IMG/VR virus record: IMGVR_UViG_3300000233_000008
Coordinates: 4,200 to 68,199 of that record
DNA: 64,000 nt
From: a virus
Strand: one strand, 5' to 3'
Shown: piece after piece, positions 50,284-58,168 of the stretch
Layout of the letters: every line of letters starts with the position of its first letter
How positions within the stretch are numbered: the stretch's first letter is position 1
Made by a program: the position numbers and the translations under genes
The notes under the pieces: model-generated
Databases searched by the model: none
Told to the model about the DNA's origin: nothing
The model's input: only the letters and a program-made list of their open reading frames with translations

Positions 50284-50694
50284 TCTTGAACCAATATACC
50301 ACATTACCACGAGTATATTCCACCTATAGCTACAGTAACTTTCTTGATAGTTTAGAGAAAGTCTTTTATAATGGTTTTTTGTGTGTTTATAATATGTATT
50401 TGCGAAGCCCTCTAATATGATTATAATACACTCTTTAGAGTGTATTCATAATAGAATTCGGCAATCAAGATTGTTGTACTCTTATATCTGGATAAGATCC
50501 AAACACAATCCAACATAAATATTTCATACCCACACTATCCTATTGATATTCTTCAAAAGAAATATAATAATCCACTTTATGTATTAGTAATCTTCAGTAT
50601 AGATAGTCTGCTGAAAGACTATGACTATCTTACAAAACCACTGTAAATTAATAATCATTATTAAGTATGCTATGTACTCTTCAGTGTATTCTTC

Positions 50695-50710
50695 AGGGCC
50701 TGACGGCCTT
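50695..50710 (+). promoter_or_regulatory. vRNAP-type hairpin promoter candidate 4 (upstream of RNAP1)
   Basis: AGGGCC-TGAC-GGCCTT followed by TTTT-G. Confidence 0.6.
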
Positions 50711-50764
50711 TTTTGAGTGTCTTATGAATGTCTCATAAGAACAATGCCAATGAAAGGGAATATC

Positions 50765-51634
50765 ATGGCAATGCAACTGCAACAGAAATCCAACGTCACT
50801 GAAGTCTATGAAAATGCTGATTTTATGAGCATTATCAATGACATTGGAGAGGAAAAGCATCTTCAAAATCTACAATCTATCGTAGAAGAAGGGGATAGCA
50901 GCTTCCGTAGCTCTGTTATTCTCCAAGAAATTTCAAAACATCCTCTTTTCGCTGAAAGAGATAATACCTATAAAAAGGTGTTATCTATGGTCCTTATGAA
51001 TCCTGCTCCAATCAGTGAGATTCTCAAGGCCATTCAGAAAGACTTTTCTGGTGATTATGATGCAGCTGCATTGTATATTTCCAGTCTTCCAAAAGAAGAA
51101 TTTTCTGTTATTTATTCAGAGAATTCTGACAGACAACCAGTCTTTCTTTTGAAGACAGCATTCTCAATGGGAGAAGCAGATAAAACAGCTCTAAAAGCTC
51201 GTTATATCTCTCCTCTCATCAATCCATCCAAAAGCGTCAACCCATATTCAGGAATTCCATTTAGTGTTGTAAAACACTATGAAACACCTGATAGGTATCT
51301 TGAGCTCTTTGAGTTCGAGACAGCGCTTCCAAAATCAATGCTTGAAGCACATGATGTTCTGGTCATTCAGAACAATGTCAAACTCAAATTTGTATTGTCT
51401 TCTCTCTTTGAAGATAAAACAAATATGCCCATCAATACAAAGAAAAGCTACAAAGCTTCTTCTGAAAACTTGATGAGCACTTTGAGTGTGCTTTCAAATG
51501 GTGAATTCTACTTGGCTCATTCTTATGACCATCGAGGAAGACACTATGCTCGCGGATATCAGCTCAATTACCAAGGAACTGATTTCAACAAAGCAAGCAT
51601 TGAATTCGCAAACAAAGAGATTATCCCTGTATAG
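50765..51634 (+). CDS. RNA polymerase II subunit 1 (N4 gp15-like RNAP1)
   Basis: C-terminal YLAHSYDHRGRHYARGYQLNYQGTDFNKASIEF signature. Confidence 0.9.
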   Translation: MAMQLQQKSNVTEVYENADFMSIINDIGEEKHLQNLQSIVEEGDSSFRSSVILQEISKHPLFAERDNTYKKVLSMVLMNPAPISEILKAIQKDFSGDYDAAALYISSLPKEEFSVIYSENSDRQPVFLLKTAFSMGEADKTALKARYISPLINPSKSVNPYSGIPFSVVKHYETPDRYLELFEFETALPKSMLEAHDVLVIQNNVKLKFVLSSLFEDKTNMPINTKKSYKASSENLMSTLSVLSNGEFYLAHSYDHRGRHYARGYQLNYQGTDFNKASIEFANKEIIPV

Positions 51635-51680
51635 GGATGATTACAGAGAGGTGTAAATCCTCTCACTTAATCCATTAATA

Positions 51681-51736
51681 AACAATAGTCGGAACTCTTA
51701 CAGGAACAATAGTCGAAAACACCAAAGGAACAATAG
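51681..51736 (+). repeat. Three direct repeats AACAATAG(TCG) at exact 24-bp period
   Basis: Copies start at 51681, 51705 and 51729 in the RNAP1-RNAP2 intergenic region. Confidence 0.8.
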
Positions 51737-51790
51737 AATAAGCTTGAAAAAGCTACTTCAACTTCCACCCGCATCCAAAGGAGAACTCCG

Positions 51791-52960
51791 ATGCAACTCT
51801 TCACACCCAAGCAACACCTGGAGATGAACATTGTCAACATGCATATTGAACGCTTGTCGTTCAATGAGCGTCTTGAAACGTTCAACAACAACAAAGCTGC
51901 TTATCTCTCTTTTGATGCTTCTGTCATCAAAGAAGCAGCTGAGCCCAACCAACTGATTGCTTCCATCAATGCGTATAAAGACGCAATGAATGGTAAAGCA
52001 ATTGGCTTTGGTATCGCAGCTGATGCTACTGCATCTGGCGCACAACTCTACGCAGTATTGTCCCATGATAATGCTGTTGCTCGCGATTGTAACCTCACTT
52101 CAAGTGAGAATTACAAAGACTTTTATTCGGAAGCAACCCTTGCTTTCAAAACACAAAAGTCTCGCAAAGAAGTAAAACAGGCTGTAATGCCTTGGTTTTA
52201 CGGATCTGCCGCGAAACCCGCTCAAGTCTTCGGTTCTCTCGAAGCATTTGAAGATGCTATGGCTATGGCGTACCCTGGTATGCTTCGCTTGCGTCAAGCA
52301 TTGCTCAAGGCTTGGAACAAGAACAATGTAATCCAATCTTGGACACTTCCAGATGGATTCCAAACTTCTTCTTACGAACAATCTTCCGAAACTTGGAAGG
52401 TAAAACTCGGTAATGCTTATGCCGAGATTCGTAAGCACATTCCTGCAAAAGCAGAATCCAGCATCAAAAATGCTGCTAACGTCATCCATTCTATCGATGG
52501 GTACGTTGCTCGTGAAGCAGTGCGTAGAGCACGTTATGGGTCTTCCAACAAGATCCAATTGCTTCAATCTCTGCGTTCCAAGAACGTCAACATCGAGAAT
52601 ATCACGATGTTTGAAAAGTATTGGGCGTTGTATAAGAAAACTGGAATGCTGTCTGCCGGCATTCTTCCGTTTTGTGATGGTATTAATCCCACTGAACATC
52701 AATATGATGTACTTCGGGAATTGATTCTCTCACTGCCGAATACTCCATTTGAAGTGCTGGTAGTTCACGATTCCTTCCGTGTACTGCCAACATACGCAAA
52801 CGAGATTCGTTGTCTCTACAACAAAGTTCTGTATGAAATCGCTGAATCCAACTTGATGGACAGCATTCTTACAGACATTCACGGAAAGACCACGACTTTT
52901 GAAAAAGAGTCGTTCTTCAATTTCCGTGAATTGGGAGCTGCTAATCACAGCCTCTCGTAA
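51791..52960 (+). CDS. RNA polymerase II subunit 2 (N4 gp16-like RNAP2)
   Basis: Motif A ADATASGAQL, motif B RKEVKQAVMPWFYGS, ANVIHSIDG, motif C VHDSF. Confidence 0.93.
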   Translation: MQLFTPKQHLEMNIVNMHIERLSFNERLETFNNNKAAYLSFDASVIKEAAEPNQLIASINAYKDAMNGKAIGFGIAADATASGAQLYAVLSHDNAVARDCNLTSSENYKDFYSEATLAFKTQKSRKEVKQAVMPWFYGSAAKPAQVFGSLEAFEDAMAMAYPGMLRLRQALLKAWNKNNVIQSWTLPDGFQTSSYEQSSETWKVKLGNAYAEIRKHIPAKAESSIKNAANVIHSIDGYVAREAVRRARYGSSNKIQLLQSLRSKNVNIENITMFEKYWALYKKTGMLSAGILPFCDGINPTEHQYDVLRELILSLPNTPFEVLVVHDSFRVLPTYANEIRCLYNKVLYEIAESNLMDSILTDIHGKTTTFEKESFFNFRELGAANHSLS

Positions 52961-52968
52961 AACAAAAG

Positions 52969-53002
52969 CCCTATCGCAGTAATGCGGTAGGGTTCTTTTT
53001 TT
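52969..53002 (+). terminator. Rho-independent terminator
   Basis: CCCTATCGCA-GTAA-TGCGGTAGGG followed by TTCTTTTTTT. Confidence 0.85.
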
Positions 53003-53054
53003 TATAACTAACAATAAGTGTTTTGTGTCTTTTCTTTTCAAAGGAAACCACAAA

Positions 53055-53375
53055 ATGCTTGAAGAAATCATTCAAAAATTTCATGATTTAAAATATTCAT
53101 CTGGTAAACTAAAGCCAAGCTTAATATACGTATCTAATGAATTTTATAAACTTATTAATGCTCAAGCATTAAAATCTGAAAGGCTTACTCCAAGAACTGA
53201 TAAAAAAGATGGCATGATAATCATTGGTATAAGAATCATACCGGACAATAGTTTTAAAAACTTTGAAATATTCTTAAGCACTGCTCCTCTTTTTTCAGAC
53301 CCAATGAATTTCATTGAAGATCTATCAGCCCACAAAAAGATGCAATGGCTTTATGAATTGGAGAAATACAAATGA
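53055..53375 (+). CDS. Hypothetical protein (SAHxK family)
   Basis: AAGGA RBS; C-terminal SAHKKM. Confidence 0.65.
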   Translation: MLEEIIQKFHDLKYSSGKLKPSLIYVSNEFYKLINAQALKSERLTPRTDKKDGMIIIGIRIIPDNSFKNFEIFLSTAPLFSDPMNFIEDLSAHKKMQWLYELEKYK

Positions 53376-53617
53376 TTGGTCTGTATAACAAAACAACTTT
53401 TTACATGGAACACCTTGCTGCGCAACAGTGGTATCAAGTAAACGTAAAAAGATATACAATTATACATAAACAAAACAGAGTAAAAACTCCATTAGCTCTC
53501 GGTGGCTTTTGGTATGCTCCGGGATTAATCTATAAAGACTCGGTGTCTGCCCATGAAAAAATGCGTTACATTTCTTTGGGGTATTCAATCCTTGATAAAC
53601 AAAACCAATCTGTTTAA
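53372..53617 (+). CDS. Hypothetical protein (SAHxK motif)
   Basis: ATGA overlap; SAHEKM. Confidence 0.6.
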   Translation: MIGLYNKTTFYMEHLAAQQWYQVNVKRYTIIHKQNRVKTPLALGGFWYAPGLIYKDSVSAHEKMRYISLGYSILDKQNQSV

Positions 53618-53646
53618 GTGTTTGTTGGTGTGTATGGAATACTATT

Positions 53647-54057
53647 ATGTCTATAACAAAATATCAATTCTGGGGGCAAAAAGAGTTGCTTACACACGTT
53701 AATCCAAAACTAATAACGGGTATTCACTACGTATACAAAAACAAAGTTAAAACTCGTTGCTTCTTTGTTGTAGACAATATTGAGTATGAAATAGAAACCA
53801 TTGTTCTTGAAGATTTAAAAACTGCTAAAAGCATTAGAAAAATAATGCCGGTCTTTATTTTACAATCAAAATTTGAAACTGCTTTCAGTAAAGAAACAGC
53901 CCATCAAAAAATGAAGTATGCTTCACTACCCAAGTTTAAATTAACCAAACAGCAGTCTGTAAAGATTATTCGCTATAAAAACTTTAAAACAGATCTTACT
54001 TTTAAAGATACTATGTTTAAATGGCCTATTCCAGACAGTAACGTTTACGGATTTTAG
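53647..54057 (+). CDS. Hypothetical protein (TAHxK motif)
   Basis: GGA RBS; TAHQKM. Confidence 0.6.
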   Translation: MSITKYQFWGQKELLTHVNPKLITGIHYVYKNKVKTRCFFVVDNIEYEIETIVLEDLKTAKSIRKIMPVFILQSKFETAFSKETAHQKMKYASLPKFKLTKQQSVKIIRYKNFKTDLTFKDTMFKWPIPDSNVYGF

Positions 54058-54067
54058 GGAAATAAAT

Positions 54068-54487
54068 ATGTTTAATTTTGAAAATCCGGATATTCAAATA
54101 TCTTGCACTTGTTGTGAACAACTAATTGGAAATGAATATTTTAATAAAGGTTTAGCCTATCATTGTGCTTCTTTTTGGTATACTGACAAGAAAAACAAAA
54201 GAAAATTTATTTCAGGCGAATACGGCTCTACGCTTTTTGACATGTCTTATTATTACCTTAAACCAGAATACCAATATTTAACAAAGCTATTACCAACTAA
54301 ACAAGTTGTATGCGACTTTTGCGGTTGGCATTTTATGGTAACCTTTAAAATATTAGAACCTGCTGATTGTGATCCATCAGAAGACACTGATGAATTCGTA
54401 GAATGGTTTAAAACAGTTAAACCTAAATGCCCGGCGCATCAAGACTTACACCGCATTCAAACAATCAAACAAAAACTAGGATTATAG
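54068..54487 (+). CDS. Putative zinc-binding protein
   Basis: CTCC, HC, CDFC, CPAH Cys/His clusters. Confidence 0.65.
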   Translation: MFNFENPDIQISCTCCEQLIGNEYFNKGLAYHCASFWYTDKKNKRKFISGEYGSTLFDMSYYYLKPEYQYLTKLLPTKQVVCDFCGWHFMVTFKILEPADCDPSEDTDEFVEWFKTVKPKCPAHQDLHRIQTIKQKLGL

Positions 54488-54489
54488 TA

Positions 54490-54792
54490 ATGCCTGCTAA
54501 CTTAACAAACACTGAAAAGTTTGCAAAAGCTATTCAAAAATTTGAAGAATTGCTTCCAGGTTGGTGGTGGAGTGTAGGTATGTGCACATTAGGGGCACAC
54601 GCTAGTTGCGCAATCGACGGATACTCAGATAAAGCAGAACTGCTTAATAACGTAAAATCTGGTCATCAATTCGATACAGGCTTTCATTGGGATAGTACCA
54701 ATGAACTTCCCCACCAAGCTTTGGAAAATGTAATGAACCAAGCTCTGGACTTTCTTAAAACATATAAGGAAAACAATAATGACACTAACTGA
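54490..54792 (+). CDS. Hypothetical protein
   Basis: AGGA RBS before ATG54490; LPGWWWSVGMC. Confidence 0.65.
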   Translation: MPANLTNTEKFAKAIQKFEELLPGWWWSVGMCTLGAHASCAIDGYSDKAELLNNVKSGHQFDTGFHWDSTNELPHQALENVMNQALDFLKTYKENNNDTN

Positions 54793-54991
54793 AGTTATTA
54801 ACAAGCTTAATGAGATTAAGCTGCTTGACCCAGATATTAAAGTATACGTAATTGCTGATCATGGACAAGATCTCACCAGATGTATTGATGTAGATTACAG
54901 CTGGATTAATCAACAAGGTGAAGAAGTTCACATTGATGATGTAAATGACTATGAGCCAGATGAAGTCGAACGAATTGTTGTTCTCTCTTAA
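54779..54991 (+). CDS. Hypothetical acidic protein
   Basis: AAGGA RBS; overlaps upstream stop. Confidence 0.65.
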   Translation: MTLTEVINKLNEIKLLDPDIKVYVIADHGQDLTRCIDVDYSWINQQGEEVHIDDVNDYEPDEVERIVVLS

Positions 54992-55002
54992 AGGATACTA
55001 TT

Positions 55003-55224
55003 ATGGGACTTGCTAAAACACCTGCCCAAACCAAAGATAAACCTGTATTCAAATTTGAATCTGGTGAACCTGTTGTTTGTATTAAGTCCGCTTCACCAGG
55101 CTACAAACTTAACCACGTTTACACACCTTATAAAAATGACAAAGGTATCGTTTGCCTTAAAGGTGATGACGGATTTGAAGACATGTGCTCTATGCTTGTC
55201 TCATCTTTTAAAAGGAAAGAATAA
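55003..55224 (+). CDS. Hypothetical protein
   Basis: AAGGA RBS. Confidence 0.65.
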   Translation: MGLAKTPAQTKDKPVFKFESGEPVVCIKSASPGYKLNHVYTPYKNDKGIVCLKGDDGFEDMCSMLVSSFKRKE

Positions 55225-55418
55225 TGAATATTATATTTCAAATTGTTATCTTCTTTGTAGTCTTTATGATTTACAGAGCTATTAGAAATCCTATTCTTGG
55301 TATTACTGACTCTCAAAAATTCACAAAACCATTTATATATTATATGGGTTTGTGTGTTTTTATTGTAGAAATTACTACTGTAGGCTTTACCACACAATAT
55401 GTTATGTATGGGATTTAA
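55224..55418 (+). CDS. Small membrane protein
   Basis: Two hydrophobic segments; TAATG coupling. Confidence 0.6.
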   Translation: MNIIFQIVIFFVVFMIYRAIRNPILGITDSQKFTKPFIYYMGLCVFIVEITTVGFTTQYVMYGI

Positions 55419-55420
55419 TT

Positions 55421-55630
55421 ATGATAGACATTAAAATTAAAGATTATTCTTGCAATAACCCTTATTTTCTTCCTCTGGAAAACACTCATCCTGATGTACA
55501 ACATGAGCCTGTCATGACTTCTGTAATGAGAGAAGGTCTTTTTCTCAAAGACTTTAATCTTAAAGATGTAGACACAAGAGAAACCCTTAGAAAAACGATT
55601 GATAAACTGCTTTCTAATAGCATTCGTTAA
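55421..55630 (+). CDS. Hypothetical protein
   Basis: ATG 2 nt after the upstream stop. Confidence 0.55.
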   Translation: MIDIKIKDYSCNNPYFLPLENTHPDVQHEPVMTSVMREGLFLKDFNLKDVDTRETLRKTIDKLLSNSIR

Positions 55631-55643
55631 AGCCCTTAAAACC

Positions 55644-55677
55644 CTATATTACCTTTACGTACCACGGAGGGTAATAT
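55644..55677 (+). promoter_or_regulatory. Hairpin sequestering the holin RBS, overlapping a CTATAT -10-like box
   Basis: ATATTACCTTT pairs with GGAGGGTAATAT; ATG at 55679. Confidence 0.6.
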
Positions 55678-55678
55678 T

Positions 55679-55957
55679 ATGAAACTTAAAAAGTTTTACA
55701 CAAGAGAAGCTACCTTCTTCTTTGCTTTGGTTGTTCACGGAATGTGGGTGTATCTATTACTCACACTTCCTGACAGCCTCAAAGTAGAAGTCTTCTCTAC
55801 TATCGCGTTTCTATCTATGAGCTGCTTTGCCGGCGCCTTTGGCCTTAAAATCTATCAGCTCAAAATGGAAAAAGATCACGAAAACGGCACTTCTAAAATT
55901 GAAGTTGTCGAGCACACAAAAGTTACAGAAGTAACAGAAAACAAAGAGGTGGGATAA
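55679..55957 (+). CDS. Putative holin (2 TM)
   Basis: Two TM helices, charged hydrophilic C-terminus, immediately upstream of the spanin pair. Confidence 0.7.
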   Translation: MKLKKFYTREATFFFALVVHGMWVYLLLTLPDSLKVEVFSTIAFLSMSCFAGAFGLKIYQLKMEKDHENGTSKIEVVEHTKVTEVTENKEVG

Positions 55958-56289
55958 TGTTAGCATTCTTTAATTCCTTTAAGCTTCCCATTATTCTTTT
56001 TGTAACTCTCATGGCTGTTAGCTCGGTTTCGTTTTACACTATCAAAAACCTGCTTGAAGCTAAAGTTCTACTTCAAGTAAAACTTGATGCCGCTGAAACA
56101 GAACTTACAGCTATTAAAAACAAAGCAGGGCTTGATACCAAATCTGCCCAAGATGCTTTTGAACTACGCTTCAAAAACCAAGAAGAATTCAATCTTGGTG
56201 TGCAACATTTAGACTCTCTCACCTTTGGTGATGAAACTCTACCACAATCAACACAGGAGATGTGGAAATGGTTAAACCAACGCCAGTAA
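55957..56289 (+). CDS. Rz: Inner-membrane spanin (Rz-like)
   Basis: N-terminal TM followed by coiled coil; overlaps the lipoprotein gene. Confidence 0.75.
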   Translation: MLAFFNSFKLPIILFVTLMAVSSVSFYTIKNLLEAKVLLQVKLDAAETELTAIKNKAGLDTKSAQDAFELRFKNQEEFNLGVQHLDSLTFGDETLPQSTQEMWKWLNQRQ

Positions 56290-56543
56290 TTATTGGTATC
56301 TGTTTTTTGTTTTTAAGTGCTTGTGCACCTGAGATCATTACTGTAAGAGAACCAATTGCTATCCCTGAATCTGTTACATCTTGTTCGGGTGTCCCTTCTA
56401 TTCCTAATGAAGTAACCTCAGTAGACCAAAGCAATAAACTTACTCTTGATATTTACAGAGCAGCTAAAGATTGCAAAAATACTGTTAACAACATTAACGC
56501 TTACATTACCAATTACAACAAAACAGTAGCAACTCCTCAATAA
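56262..56543 (+). CDS. Rz1: Outer-membrane lipoprotein spanin (Rz1-like)
   Basis: Lipobox FLSA-C, Pro-rich segment, two further Cys. Confidence 0.78.
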   Translation: MEMVKPTPVIIGICFLFLSACAPEIITVREPIAIPESVTSCSGVPSIPNEVTSVDQSNKLTLDIYRAAKDCKNTVNNINAYITNYNKTVATPQ

Positions 56544-56554
56544 GGAATACTACA

Positions 56555-57211
56555 ATGCGCATACGTACAAACATTCTGATTGTTCCTCTTCTGATTTTGA
56601 TTCTATTCAAAACAGAATTTCAAGCATTTGTTGTGCGTATGGCACAAACTCACCAAGTTGTACAAGTACCAGATGAACACCTAACCATTACCCTGAGAGA
56701 TACCACCGTTGTTTACAAAGGTGGTATCTCACCAGGCAACGCTACTGCTCTTGATGTATTCCTTATCATTAACCCACAAGCCACAGTCATCTCTATGCAC
56801 TCTGGCGGTGGTAATGTTGCTGCTATTGATATGTACTTGGATATCGTAGCAAAGCATAATCTTAAAGTTATTGTCGAAGCCGGCAACAAATGTATGAGTG
56901 CTTGCGCTGCTATCGCTATTGCTCAATACAAGTCTAACAATCTCTACATAGAAGATACAGGTATTCTGGGATTTCATAAAATCAAAACACTTGCTGATTT
57001 TAGAACCTTTACACCAGATCAAATCATGAAACACCAAGAGCTTACAATTGCTAAGTTTTATGATGACCTCACTTCTTATGGGTTTTCTGTTCAAATGGTT
57101 TCCAAAATCATTCAAGAAACCGATGAGTACACTCTACTCTATCCACTGACGTATAAAGATCTTCCAAAATTTTTGGAAGGGACTATATACAGTTCAACTA
57201 AAACGAAATAA
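56555..57211 (+). CDS. Exported ClpP/crotonase-fold protein
   Basis: Signal/TM N-terminus; MHSGGGNV, KCMSACA, LGFH motifs. Confidence 0.65.
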   Translation: MRIRTNILIVPLLILILFKTEFQAFVVRMAQTHQVVQVPDEHLTITLRDTTVVYKGGISPGNATALDVFLIINPQATVISMHSGGGNVAAIDMYLDIVAKHNLKVIVEAGNKCMSACAAIAIAQYKSNNLYIEDTGILGFHKIKTLADFRTFTPDQIMKHQELTIAKFYDDLTSYGFSVQMVSKIIQETDEYTLLYPLTYKDLPKFLEGTIYSSTKTK

Positions 57212-57212
57212 T

Positions 57213-57304
57213 GGGTTCCGAAATTAAGGTTAGCTGGTGCTTTCAGGAGGCTGTAACCCTCTTCCGGAAACGGCAAAGAGTTCGATTCTGCCCGGAACCC
57301 ACCA
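57213..57304 (+). tRNA. Atypical tRNA-Tyr(GTA)
   Basis: Anticodon arm GGAGG-CTGTAAC-CCTCT, TTCGATT loop, ACCA end; 8-bp acceptor, irregular D and T arms. Confidence 0.6.
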
Positions 57305-57312
57305 TATATTTT

Positions 57313-57389
57313 TGTCGTGTAGCTCAGTTGGTTAGAGCATTGTCCTGATAAGACAGAGGTCGGTAGTTCGAGTCTACCCACGACAACCA
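57313..57389 (+). tRNA. tRNA-Ile(GAT)
   Basis: Full cloverleaf, loop CTGATAA, encoded CCA. Confidence 0.95.
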
Positions 57390-57393
57390 ATAC

Positions 57394-57470
57394 GTTCTAT
57401 TAGCTCAACTGGAGAGAGTATTGTCTTGCGAAGGCAAAGGTTACTGGTTCGAGTCCAGTATAGAACACCA
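57394..57470 (+). tRNA. tRNA-Arg(GCG)
   Basis: Stem TTGTC/GGCAA, loop TTGCGAA, A20 in D loop, encoded CCA. Confidence 0.88.
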
Positions 57471-57476
57471 CATAAT

Positions 57477-57551
57477 GCGCCGGTAGCTCAGTGGTAGAGC
57501 GGTGGACTTTTAATCCGATGGTCGTGAGTTCAATCCTCACCCGGCACACCA
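57477..57551 (+). tRNA. tRNA-Lys(TTT)
   Basis: Cloverleaf, loop CTTTTAA, CCA; C2-A71 mismatch. Confidence 0.9.
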
Positions 57552-57558
57552 TAATAAA

Positions 57559-57647
57559 CCGTAAGCGTTGGGGCCGTTCACCGTACAGGTGTTCACTTGG
57601 CTGCGAAACGGAGAGGGAAACCTCTGGCTTGGGTTCGCTCCAAGCCT
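57559..57647 (+). ncRNA. Candidate structured RNA between tRNA-Lys and tRNA-Thr
   Basis: Stems CACC/GGTG, AGAGG-GAAA-CCTCT, GGCTTGG-GTTCGCT-CCAAGCC. Confidence 0.4.
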
Positions 57648-57654
57648 TTAATAT

Positions 57655-57730
57655 GCCGTCATAGCTCAGCTGGTAGAGCAACCGCCTTGTAAGCGGTAGG
57701 TCCGGAGTTCGATCCCCCGTGGCGGCACCA
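57655..57730 (+). tRNA. tRNA-Thr(TGT)
   Basis: Cloverleaf, loop CTTGTAA, CCA. Confidence 0.95.
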
Positions 57731-57748
57731 ATTTAAAGGATTTTTCAC

Positions 57749-57907
57749 ATGTCTAAAAAGAAAGCTCCCCCAAAGCAACGCAATCCTTATATTGCTCAAA
57801 TGCTTTTTCGCGTTTCCGGCTCTCACGGAAAATCTAAAAAAGCAGAACGTAAAGCAATGAATGAAAAGATTAAAGCTTTGAAAAATAAAGCAGATTTTGA
57901 AAACTAA
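57749..57907 (+). CDS. Small basic protein (52 aa)
   Basis: Read by hand; AAGGA RBS; RNPYIAQMLFRVSGSHGKSKKAER. Confidence 0.65.
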   Translation: MSKKKAPPKQRNPYIAQMLFRVSGSHGKSKKAERKAMNEKIKALKNKADFEN

Positions 57908-57919
57908 AAGGTGTCTAAA

Positions 57920-58168
57920 ATGGATGCTCTACAAATGTTTCTCAATACTCCACCCACCAATGAACAGCTGTATCGTTGCCTGCGTGAGAACCCTTCTGAA
58001 TGCTCTATGGCTGGAATGATACCTTTGTTGTGTGGTCATTACGAAGGTATCGAACCAAAATTCTTGGTTCTTTATGCAACCGATCCAGATACATTGTATG
58101 ATAATGTTTCTGACGAACTTACGGGATTCCGCATTTTTGGTCACATCCTTCAACAAGGAACATCATGA
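57920..58168 (+). CDS. Hypothetical protein
   Basis: AAAGG RBS. Confidence 0.6.
   Translation: MDALQMFLNTPPTNEQLYRCLRENPSECSMAGMIPLLCGHYEGIEPKFLVLYATDPDTLYDNVSDELTGFRIFGHILQQGTS

Noticed and set aside
51681-51736. CRISPR-like mini array
   Set aside because: Repeats of 8-13 bp and spacers of about 11 bp are far too short, and no cas genes are present. Kept only as a regulatory repeat.
57213-57304. tRNA-Sec, suggested by the 8/5 stem length and an internal TTCA
   Set aside because: No 7-nt UCA anticodon loop on a proper stem and the discriminator is A. The GTA anticodon arm folds well.
57139-57681. Minus-strand ORFs of 83 and 93 aa
   Set aside because: They are antisense shadows of the tRNA cluster.
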